Source: Candidatus Nomurabacteria bacterium
GTDB taxonomy: Bacteria; Patescibacteriota; Minisyncoccia; Phycocordibacterales; UBA918
Reading direction: 5' to 3'
Length of the DNA stretch: 64,000 nucleotides
NCBI GenBank assembly: GCA_023898585.1
Contig: CP060229.1
Location: 381,912 to 445,911, forward strand
Of this stretch, positions 28,679-37,223 are shown one piece after another (within the stretch, counting starts at the first letter, position 1; each line of letters opens with the position of its first letter). The notes beneath the pieces are model-generated. The model did not search any database. It saw only the letters and a program-made list of their open reading frames with translations, and was not told the origin of the DNA. Both the position numbers and the translations under genes were made by a program.

Positions 28679-30033
28679 TAAAGGAAAAAGACCGCTCTAC
28701 GAGCGGTCTTTTGTTGTATACTTTTTCTGTGTATAAAAAGTATCTTTTGATATTGGCGTTGGCGGTAGGGTTTATCCCTTACCAAGTTCATGCACTATTG
28801 CCACCTGATTTGGTCGTCAGTGTTGGATCTCAAATAGTCCAGTTTTTCTCGATAGGCGCGGTTGTGGTGGGAGGAGTTTTTTCCAGTTTGGCGTATTGGA
28901 GTCGCCGGTGGTTTTGCTGGTCCAATAAAAAAGTTTGGAAAGTAATTAGCCTTATAGTTTTTATTGTCGTTTGCGCTATTGTTCTGGTTTACGTGGTTGA
29001 GTTAGAGAAACAAAACAATAATTCGCTTAATCAAATGGAAAAACTACAATCGATAAATGCTGGCTTGGAGGAACGACTAGGAAACAGCGTATCACTTGCT
29101 GATTATCAACGACTGGTAGCCGAGCTAAACAAGCAGTCACCCGACTTCAGGCCTGATATATTTTTGTTTGCTACCGGTACACAAAGTTTGGATAAACAGT
29201 TTCATAGTGACAATATCATATTGTATAGAGGAGGTGGTTCTTCTTTTGCGCTGGAGATTGACTTCAATCGGATCGAAGTCAGCCCCGGAGTGTACACTCA
29301 CTACACCTATCTGAACGGAAATATAAATGGAGAAATTATATCTGACTACGATAGTGTCTTTGCCACCACAACAACACTGCAAAAAAATCGATATGTAACA
29401 GAAATCAGTAGGGTTATGGCCGACGATTTGTCTCCCCGAGATAGCTACAAAGTCACTGTACTGGTGAACGGTGACCCGGTTTCATTTGAGATAAAAAATC
29501 TGCAGGGTGATTTTGTGACCAGAAATCATCCTGATTATACTCAACTGCAAAGCGAAGGAACGGCGGAAGTGATTTATAAAGGAGAGAAGTTCGAAGCTCA
29601 GGCATTGGTTGAAAATACTTATGCTAACAACTATACAACCAAGATATTCTTTCCCGGTTACCAGGAGATAGATTCAACCACTCACCAGTTTGTGTTGTGG
29701 GACGAGAATGAAAATTTTTACCTCATAGACATTTCAGAGGTTAGATCCGATACGCCTGAATACCCATCTCATGTTTGGTTACTATACAAATCAGCTTCCG
29801 GCGAGACTATTAAAAAAAGTTTTTCGGCCAGCGTAAGTTCGGTCTCCGATAAGATTGGCAGAGTTTCGTGGTCAGTTTCAGCTCCTGATTTTGAAGGCGC
29901 GATGATAACAGTATCTCCGGTGGTTCCGTTTAAACAAAGTGGCGAGGACAGGATAAGAACTGAAGTAAGTGGTACGATTTACGATAATAACGGCTCCCGT
30001 TCGATCGGGGGAATTCTGCATTTGGTTAAATGA
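28675..30033 (+). CDS. hypothetical membrane-anchored protein (452 aa)
   Basis: N-terminal TM helices. 4-bp overlaps with both neighbours. Confidence 0.5.
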   Translation: MIKEKDRSTSGLLLYTFSVYKKYLLILALAVGFIPYQVHALLPPDLVVSVGSQIVQFFSIGAVVVGGVFSSLAYWSRRWFCWSNKKVWKVISLIVFIVVCAIVLVYVVELEKQNNNSLNQMEKLQSINAGLEERLGNSVSLADYQRLVAELNKQSPDFRPDIFLFATGTQSLDKQFHSDNIILYRGGGSSFALEIDFNRIEVSPGVYTHYTYLNGNINGEIISDYDSVFATTTTLQKNRYVTEISRVMADDLSPRDSYKVTVLVNGDPVSFEIKNLQGDFVTRNHPDYTQLQSEGTAEVIYKGEKFEAQALVENTYANNYTTKIFFPGYQEIDSTTHQFVLWDENENFYLIDISEVRSDTPEYPSHVWLLYKSASGETIKKSFSASVSSVSDKIGRVSWSVSAPDFEGAMITVSPVVPFKQSGEDRIRTEVSGTIYDNNGSRSIGGILHLVK

Positions 30034-32075
30034 CAGCTAGTATGTTTTTGTTACCGGATAAATTCGTTGGCGAAGAAATTGGAATTGGCGCCAAGGCTTT
30101 GCGATTAAATGAACTTAGACAGGCCGGATTTAAAGTCCCCTCATTTGGAGTGATACCAGCCAGAACGGTGGGTGGCTTAGTGTCCAGTTTAAATGATCGA
30201 AAAGTCACCTTATCAAAGTGGTGTGATGAAATAAAAACTTCCGTGCCGGCGGAAGAATACGCCATCCGCTCAGCGTCTTTAATCGAAGACGGAAAAAAAC
30301 ATTCCCAGGCCGGACAATTCAAAACAGTGCTCAAGGTGACAGAGAATCAACTGGGCGAGGCTATAGACAGCGTGATTAACGATTATGTTAAGAAAACCGG
30401 TGGCAAGCACGGCTTCTCAGTTATTGTTCAGGAGTACGTTACTTCAGATTATGCGGGAGTGATTTTTTCCAGAAACCCCATGGGGGGTAGGGAAATGGTT
30501 ATCGAATATTCACAAGAAGGAGGAGAGGTGGTGGTCCGTGGAGAAAAAACTCAAAGGATTGTATTTTCACCATCACAATCAGCCAAACATCAAAGCGAAC
30601 TACCTTTTCTTGCCTTACTGGCAAAACGAACCCTTGATATTGAGTCAATATATGACTGGCCACAAGATATTGAGTGGCTTGTCTCCAATGGTGAGATTCT
30701 TTTCTTACAAACTAGACCGATCACCAATATAAGTGAAAAAGAATGGCAAGGGATAAAATATCTGGAGAAAAAATTCAACAATAGGAAAAGTTTTTACTAC
30801 GAGCGAACAGCGATTTCGGAAACTTTCTACAAACCGTCTCCGCTGGCTTTTTCCATACTACGGTCTATGTATAAGAAGGATGGTCCGATTGAAAAAGCTT
30901 ACCAAAATATCGGAGTAAAATATCTGGCAACGGAACAGTTCGAATTGATTAACGGGGAGTTGTATGTAGACAAGGAAGCTGAGTTGAAATCCTTGTTTCC
31001 GGCCATGAGTTATTTACAGTTTGACTCATCGTTACCGAGGATCGGTTCTTTTTCAGGTTTGTTAACCTCTGTCAAAAACTTTTTAGCATTGTCATTTGTT
31101 TCTGATAAAAACTATTTGATTCTGAAAGAAAAAATTAATAATTTACTAACCGTTTCTCTGGACGAAGAACTTAATTTAAAAGAAAGGTGGAAGTTTTTAA
31201 ATGATAATTACCCGGTTTTGTTTGAGATTAACTTAAAAGCGCAAAGAGCAATCTCGAAGCTAGAGCAGTTGTTAAAGGGTGACAAAGTGCACCTGCCGGC
31301 ATTATTGGCGAGTGATTGGGATGAAGCGTTGGGGAAAGATTTTCCTGATTCTATCTCAGTTGATGATTGGATTGGCAATTCGTTTTCCATAGATGATATT
31401 TCCGATTTTAAACAGGCGAATGCTAATTTTAGCACTGAAAATTCGGGTTTTAGCCGATGGTATCGGTCGTTACCGAAATGGAAAGTGCAAGGATTACAGC
31501 CCTATATCACAAAGGCGAAGAAATACCAATTTTTACGCGAGAGAGTTCGCCGGACTGAAGTCAGACTTATCAGTTACTTAAGAAGGGAAGTTTCGAGAAT
31601 TGCTGACGAGCATTTTCCCGGTGAAACCGATTTGATCAATTTTTTCACTATCGACGAACTGACTACCGAAAATTTTTCCAAGGAGGTTGGTATGAAGCGT
31701 CGGAATAATAACCCTCTCTCAGAAGATGTATCATTACCGTCTTTAGTAGCAAGTTTTTCAATGGCTGAAAGCAATATTGGGAATGTAGGTTTGTCCGAAG
31801 GGGAGGCGGTGGGCAGGCTTGTTTATGTTGATGATATTGAAAATGGTTCCGAGTCGAAAATTCTTTACACCGACATTTTATCACCGGATCTGACGCAATA
31901 TTTTGACCGGATCGAAGGGATCGTTACTAAGCAGGGAGGAATGTTGTCGCACTTGGCGGTGGTGGCAAGAGAAGCGGGGTTGCCGGTGGTAATGACGACA
32001 GAGCCCTTGTCGGCCGGAATGCAGGTAAGGATTGACGGTTCATCAGGCGCTGTTTTTGTTGAAGGAGGGAAGTGA
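30030..32075 (+). CDS. PEP-utilising enzyme family protein (PPDK-N ATP-grasp plus mobile His domain, no PEP/pyruvate TIM-barrel domain)
   Basis: C-terminal GIVTKQGGMLSHLAVVAREAGLPVV swivel-His motif. N-terminal PPDK_N-like region. Confidence 0.65.
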   Translation: MTASMFLLPDKFVGEEIGIGAKALRLNELRQAGFKVPSFGVIPARTVGGLVSSLNDRKVTLSKWCDEIKTSVPAEEYAIRSASLIEDGKKHSQAGQFKTVLKVTENQLGEAIDSVINDYVKKTGGKHGFSVIVQEYVTSDYAGVIFSRNPMGGREMVIEYSQEGGEVVVRGEKTQRIVFSPSQSAKHQSELPFLALLAKRTLDIESIYDWPQDIEWLVSNGEILFLQTRPITNISEKEWQGIKYLEKKFNNRKSFYYERTAISETFYKPSPLAFSILRSMYKKDGPIEKAYQNIGVKYLATEQFELINGELYVDKEAELKSLFPAMSYLQFDSSLPRIGSFSGLLTSVKNFLALSFVSDKNYLILKEKINNLLTVSLDEELNLKERWKFLNDNYPVLFEINLKAQRAISKLEQLLKGDKVHLPALLASDWDEALGKDFPDSISVDDWIGNSFSIDDISDFKQANANFSTENSGFSRWYRSLPKWKVQGLQPYITKAKKYQFLRERVRRTEVRLISYLRREVSRIADEHFPGETDLINFFTIDELTTENFSKEVGMKRRNNNPLSEDVSLPSLVASFSMAESNIGNVGLSEGEAVGRLVYVDDIENGSESKILYTDILSPDLTQYFDRIEGIVTKQGGMLSHLAVVAREAGLPVVMTTEPLSAGMQVRIDGSSGAVFVEGGK

Positions 32076-32113
32076 TTGAATATCATTACTCTCTAATACT
32101 TAGTTGGCGATAC

Positions 32114-32668
32114 TTATTGTTGATATTCTTCCATAACAACTTCACCAATATTGCTCCAAATAGTAACCACACCTGTTTCATCAAGAAGTCCGTATCTGTA
32201 CCAAAGTCTTTGTGTTCCTAGGGCTACCTGATTGTCGACAAAACTGTTTTCGCACGATTTCAATGACGGCTCGGTGTTTTTAAAAGTATCGAAGGTAACA
32301 GTTGCAACTTCTTCCCATTCTGTTGTGTCATACGAACGTTCAATTGTGTACGTTTTCTCACATTCTCGCGAGGGCAATAATAATGAAACTTCGTTTTCGT
32401 ATGCAATGATTGTGTTCGGTGCCTCTAAGTAATTAGCCTTTTCTGCTAGAAGTTTTTCTGGGTTATAATCTCGAATTTCATCATACCAGAAAGGAACACT
32501 GCATGGGTTGCTAAAGACGACTTCTTTACCTGTTATGCGGTTGGTTGCGCTAACTACAACTTGGATGCAAGAAACACCCGGTAAATAAATATACCTATAA
32601 ACCACGAGACTACTTATTAAAATTAAAAACAGGATAAGTGATATCAAATAAGACTTTTTCATGCCCAA
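32114..32668 (-). CDS. hypothetical membrane-anchored protein
   Basis: N-terminal TM. No recognised domain. Confidence 0.4.
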   Translation of the reverse strand: MGMKKSYLISLILFLILISSLVVYRYIYLPGVSCIQVVVSATNRITGKEVVFSNPCSVPFWYDEIRDYNPEKLLAEKANYLEAPNTIIAYENEVSLLLPSRECEKTYTIERSYDTTEWEEVATVTFDTFKNTEPSLKSCENSFVDNQVALGTQRLWYRYGLLDETGVVTIWSNIGEVVMEEYQQ

Positions 32669-32849
32669 AGTATATCAGTTTACATTTTGTCAGGACAATG
32701 TAAGAAAAAATTATACGAAAGATGATGAAAAGAGGATTGCTGTTTGGTGAACTGACGATGTAATTTTGTGCGTCGTGATCACAGCTTCTCACTAGGGTTA
32801 GGGACTGTGGCCAAGCTGGCTTTATTCTCCACAGTTTGAAACTTGTTGT

Positions 32850-33701
32850 TTAGTGCAGAAAGAGGAGTGATAGTAAGGTTAGGACTATAACAATAAACTT
32901 TTTCAAATTAAAGTGCTCTTTATATATGAAGACAGCCAAGATAATTGGAACCAATATTGAGAAAGAGTTCACTGTGTAGACAATAGCAAGATTGCCCGTA
33001 GTAGATTTTGTAAAGCAGTAGACTGATAAAAATAACAAGACTCCATTAAGAATCCCAATTCTTTTTAATTTTTCTCCAGACTCTGCTACCTGACTTGATG
33101 TGAGCTTATAGTAAGTTAACGAGATAAATCCGCTGATAAGAAAAGAGAGAAAAATATATCCAAATACGTTTAGGTTGTTAACGGTAACAACTTTAGCGGT
33201 CGCGGAAGAAATTACGGCGAAAACGGTCCCTACAACCAAATACAACAACCCTTTTCTTAGGTTGGTTTGTATACTGTTCTCGCTTCTGCTAATAAGCAAA
33301 AGTGGCACCGAGATACCAAGAACGAAACCCACCCATTCGTAGGCGTTTAATGGTTCGGAGAATACAAAAACGCTAACCAACAGCATCAGGATAGGACCAA
33401 GTGTCTTGTAAATAGGGAAGTAGATAGTAGTGTGTATATTTTTTAGACTGGCTATACGCGTAATTATTGCTACTAAATAGAATGTCCCATTTACAACTGC
33501 TGTGAGTATAAATATACAAATGGGAGTGATTTTATCTAGAGAGAGAATAAAAAACACCAAGGCTAGCCCTGATGCTACAAACATCGAATAGGTACTAACC
33601 AGAAAGCCATTGTGCTTTTTTTCTGCAGATACTTTGAGAAAAAAAGAATAAAGACCGGCTGCTAGTCCAGAAAGTAGAGCGTAAATAAACCAAGTTTCCA
33701 T
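32850..33701 (-). CDS. DMT/EamA-like 10-TM transporter
   Basis: ~283 aa with 10 predicted TM helices in two repeats. Confidence 0.5.
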   Translation of the reverse strand: METWFIYALLSGLAAGLYSFFLKVSAEKKHNGFLVSTYSMFVASGLALVFFILSLDKITPICIFILTAVVNGTFYLVAIITRIASLKNIHTTIYFPIYKTLGPILMLLVSVFVFSEPLNAYEWVGFVLGISVPLLLISRSENSIQTNLRKGLLYLVVGTVFAVISSATAKVVTVNNLNVFGYIFLSFLISGFISLTYYKLTSSQVAESGEKLKRIGILNGVLLFLSVYCFTKSTTGNLAIVYTVNSFSILVPIILAVFIYKEHFNLKKFIVIVLTLLSLLFLH

Positions 33702-33794
33702 CGAGAGAGTGTATCACAAGTGTCGTATTCAGAGATACACCATTTAATATTAGATTCCATCTTTACCCGCATGCTTGCATTGGGGCAGTTCATT

Positions 33795-34391
33795 TTAATC
33801 AACGGTAATGGCGCAGACGTTTCCGGCGCAAGCGGGTTTATGCTCCTGTTGTTTTAATATTCCCTTGGCCAATAGAGCACTGTATATTTTACATCCCACG
33901 CAAATACCAAACGCAGTTTCCATAAACATGAAAGCAAGACATATTCCGCAAATAATCATGTTTGGTAATCCCTGGACGCCAAAGACAAACAATAATAACA
34001 ACATCACTCCGGACAGCATGAGCCCAATGCCCCACGCGAAACGCTTTTGAATAGCGCCTACATACTCAGGTTGTTGTTTTCGTACGACCAGGTCAGATAA
34101 GCGGGTTATTGGTGAGAATTTGGTTCCGACTACTACTTTCATCAAGAAATCAAAAAAGAAAATCACCACAACTATTTTAATATATAAAAAGTCCCGTAGG
34201 TAAAAAGCTTGAAAGAACGCAAATATTCCGAGCGCGAACATAATCCCCGCGCCGGCGCGGATTGCTCGTTCATTTAATACCGGATAAGGTGCTGGTTGAC
34301 CGTATATGGTCAGTCCGGGAATGATTTGGCCGTACCGGAAAAAGCCGTATTTTTTTAATTTTTCAATCATAAACGATCTGAATGATACCAC
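33795..34391 (-). CDS. hypothetical membrane protein with Cys-rich C-terminus
   Basis: Four TMs. C-terminal CAGNVCAITVD. Confidence 0.4.
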   Translation of the reverse strand: MVSFRSFMIEKLKKYGFFRYGQIIPGLTIYGQPAPYPVLNERAIRAGAGIMFALGIFAFFQAFYLRDFLYIKIVVVIFFFDFLMKVVVGTKFSPITRLSDLVVRKQQPEYVGAIQKRFAWGIGLMLSGVMLLLLFVFGVQGLPNMIICGICLAFMFMETAFGICVGCKIYSALLAKGILKQQEHKPACAGNVCAITVD

Positions 34392-34677
34392 GTTTCTATA
34401 ATATTTAAGGAAAAACTGAAAAAGGTGGATACACTTCTAAAGAAAGGTTTACTCATGCGGGATGAACGGTACAAAATAAATGAAAGGTTCAACCTATCTT
34501 TGCAGTAACCCGACAAATAGGGACAGGGACAATAGAATCTTAAATCACTTGGCATAATATTTTATACCCCGGCCACTAACACTGTATCCTTGATTGGAGG
34601 AGGAGACAGTTAGGCTGATGATCTCGAGTATACACTGCATGTAATAGGGAGTCCAAAGAACAATCAGAACACACTTT

Positions 34678-34754
34678 TACCTAGAGTATTGTCCCTGTCC
34701 CCATTTCCTTTACCTAGAGTATTGTCCCTGTCCCCATTTCCTGTCCCCATTTCC
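34678..34754. repeat. tandem repeat (2.4 copies of a 32/33-bp unit tacctagagtattgtccctgtccccatttcct)
   Basis: Units at 34678-34709 and 34711-34742 plus the partial gtccccatttcc. An inverted copy of the core (gggacagggacaa) lies at ~34518-34531. Confidence 0.8.
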
Positions 34755-34851
34755 GATTTAAGCCACCGCCTAAGTTGCAGCCGAAGTTGGGGTTTTAGGA
34801 GTTAGTTGGACAGCAGTGGAGTCTGATGTATCGAAAAAAGTAGGACTAATT

Positions 34852-36387
34852 TTAGTTATCCGGCGTGACTTTTTTCTGTAAGTGAATATAGAGCACTGCA
34901 TTTCCAGAATGTACATTATTCAGACCAAGTTCTTCATAAGTAAAGGTTCTATCTTCGATGACATCAAACTTTTCTTTTATTAAATCAGAAAAATATTCTG
35001 CTAGGGTGTGAACTGGATACTCAACGACAAATGTTCCGTACAAGTTAATACGTATGTATTCTTTACCATTACGCTCAAAAACTACCTGATTTTGTTTGTC
35101 GTCAGGATGGGGAACTATTACGAACAAATTGCCCCCAGGCTTAAGTTTTTCGTGAACCTTGCTGAGGGAAGAGTCGATGTCGTTGTTGTAATGTAAAGAA
35201 AATCTACTGACAGCCAAATCGATACCTCCTTCGTTTAAACTATTGTTTTCATAATCACCAATTTGTAAATCAACATTTTCTAGTTCTGGATGGTCCTTTA
35301 ATCTTTCACGGAGTACCTTAAGGATATTTTTTGCGGGGTCAATAAGAGAAATGTGCTTTGCCCCATTAGAAATGTAAAAGTCTAGATTTGGCGCGTCTCC
35401 GCAACCAATATCTGCAACGTCTGCACTTTGTATAAGGGGACGGATTTTTTCTAGCATGTATGTCGTTGGTTTTTCGGCGTCTGGATTCTCTGTAAAAAAT
35501 TTCTTTGCCCCCTCGGTGTAATCTGTAGGTGCCGAGTCATAAGCAGTCTCTTTTTTACATAAAAGAAGAAGGTTGTGGAATCCGCCTATAATAGGACGAG
35601 TAAAAATGTCTACTTCAGGGTTGGGAATTGCTAAATTTGTATCTACTATCTCTAGTCCATTTTCTTCAACCCAGTCTTTAGCCTCGTCGTCAGTTTTCCA
35701 CTCCTTGAAGTGAAAATTTTTAAATGAGTCAATTTTCCCTATAGGGATAGAGAGTATAAAGTACGATCCATATTTTGCATTTGTTACTTGAGTCCTGAGG
35801 TATTTATCTGGGTCAGACGCGTGTTCAATCGAATCAAGAAACACGTAGGCGTCACTGTCGCCAAGATACTCAAAATCGTTCATGTTCTTTACTTCGAAAG
35901 ATATGTCTTGTGTTGGAATATGGTTTATGTCCAAAATTACTCTAGTAACCTTTTCTCCGACACTTGAACCCTCAACTAGATTTATCTTTCTCTCGGTAAC
36001 AAATTGTTCGTCAAGCATGTAATCTGTTGGTGCTGAATAACCACAATCAGTTATAGATTTGGGGTTAATTCGTTTTAGCCACTCGAAAGTGGTCATGTGT
36101 CTCACTCTGTGATAAGAACCATTCACATGCATACAGTGATAATTCGCTAAACTCGTTGCAGTTTCGTTGTATATAGAATTATCAGCGCTATTAGTAAAGA
36201 TCATTGCGTAATTATGTGCAGCCATTCGGAATTCTTCAAAATCAACATCCAGTGCACTACAAGCGTCTGTTATCTGTTTAGTCAGATTGGGTTCTTCAGA
36301 TAATGCCCGAATCAAAAAAGCATCTACATCATCAGACATTTTTTGTTCATCGATTTTGTTTTCATTGTGTAACAAACCCTCGTTCAT
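34852..36387 (-). CDS. tandem double SAM-dependent methyltransferase-fold protein (511 aa)
   Basis: C-terminal half has motif I VADIGCGDAP and LKPGGNLFV. N-terminal half has degenerate ITDCGYSAP...YVFLDSIEH...GSYFILSIP. Confidence 0.6.
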   Translation of the reverse strand: MNEGLLHNENKIDEQKMSDDVDAFLIRALSEEPNLTKQITDACSALDVDFEEFRMAAHNYAMIFTNSADNSIYNETATSLANYHCMHVNGSYHRVRHMTTFEWLKRINPKSITDCGYSAPTDYMLDEQFVTERKINLVEGSSVGEKVTRVILDINHIPTQDISFEVKNMNDFEYLGDSDAYVFLDSIEHASDPDKYLRTQVTNAKYGSYFILSIPIGKIDSFKNFHFKEWKTDDEAKDWVEENGLEIVDTNLAIPNPEVDIFTRPIIGGFHNLLLLCKKETAYDSAPTDYTEGAKKFFTENPDAEKPTTYMLEKIRPLIQSADVADIGCGDAPNLDFYISNGAKHISLIDPAKNILKVLRERLKDHPELENVDLQIGDYENNSLNEGGIDLAVSRFSLHYNNDIDSSLSKVHEKLKPGGNLFVIVPHPDDKQNQVVFERNGKEYIRINLYGTFVVEYPVHTLAEYFSDLIKEKFDVIEDRTFTYEELGLNNVHSGNAVLYIHLQKKVTPDN

Positions 36388-36992
36388 ACGATATCTAAAA
36401 CTAGTAACTCTTTGTAGTAAGAATGATGTCTAAATGTCTCCCTGTGTATCATTTCTAAACCAACGTCACTGAAGAAGTCTTTAACTTCACTTCTTTTTAA
36501 ATAACTCCTCCAAAATACCCTACAAGGAGTTCCAGCCTTTCGGTTTAAGTACCAATCTCTCCAGACGAGATGTGCTTTTTGGAAGAGGTTGTCATATGTT
36601 TCTTCAACAAAGATAATTCTATTCTTGGTTAATGATACGACGTTTTTTAAATATTCCTTATTTTTCGGTATATGATGGAAGGAAAGGTTAAACACAGTGA
36701 CATCGACGCTTTTTTCTGGTAACCGTAAGTATTTACCGTCATACAAGATTACTTCGCTTTTGTTTACTGTATTTTCATACACGGCAATCTCGTAGATTTT
36801 GAGTGACTTAGAGAAACCACGAATCATCTCAGATAAATGACCAAACCCATTGCCAATCTTTAGTATATCCGCGTTCCCATCGAACAGGAATGGCTTTATC
36901 CTTTCGAACCATTGTTGTTCCCTTTTCTTAAAGAGTATTGAGTAATCTGTCATGTGATAATAATAGCAAAAGTACCACCCCACCGTATACAC
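36384..36992 (-). CDS. class I SAM-dependent methyltransferase-like protein
   Basis: ADILKIGNGFGHL (motif I-like) and VDVTVFNLSFHHIP. Confidence 0.5.
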   Translation of the reverse strand: MYTVGWYFCYYYHMTDYSILFKKREQQWFERIKPFLFDGNADILKIGNGFGHLSEMIRGFSKSLKIYEIAVYENTVNKSEVILYDGKYLRLPEKSVDVTVFNLSFHHIPKNKEYLKNVVSLTKNRIIFVEETYDNLFQKAHLVWRDWYLNRKAGTPCRVFWRSYLKRSEVKDFFSDVGLEMIHRETFRHHSYYKELLVLDIV

Positions 36993-37108
36993 TATTTTGT
37001 ACGAGAGGATAGTTCTAAATTCCCATTAGTGTCCATTTGGCTAGAAATGAAATGATTAGGAATTACAAAGCTATTTGGTTTCAATTACCGTTTGGGCACT
37101 TACTGTCC

Positions 37109-37177
37109 ATGGGGTGGAACCAGTTTGAGGAAATTTGTTTGGAGTGGTTGGAGGAGGCGAGGGAGGTGCTTGTATAA
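37109..37177 (+). CDS. candidate conserved small ORF (22 aa, MGWNQFEEICLEWLEEAREVLV); a paralogous copy ends at 38769
   Basis: Two copies differ mostly by synonymous or conservative codon changes, but both lack a clear SD. A cis-element explanation is equally possible. Confidence 0.25.
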   Translation: MGWNQFEEICLEWLEEAREVLV

Positions 37178-37181
37178 AAAA

Positions 37182-37212
37182 CCGCGTCCTTTGCCATAAG
37201 CTAGGGACGCGG
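37182..37212 (-). terminator. hairpin ccgcgtcc/ggacgcgg plus U6 on minus strand, directly after the 449-aa gene
   Basis: 8-bp GC stem, 15-nt loop. The minus-strand RNA is followed by UUUUUU. Confidence 0.55.
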
Positions 37213-37223
37213 CATTTACCTCA

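Noticed and set aside
34678-34754. Tandem 32/33-bp repeats considered as a CRISPR array
   Set aside because: Only ~2.4 directly abutting copies with no spacers between them. No cas genes or leader. The repeat carries an internal core that also occurs inverted 160 bp away, which fits a tandem/inverted repeat rather than CRISPR.
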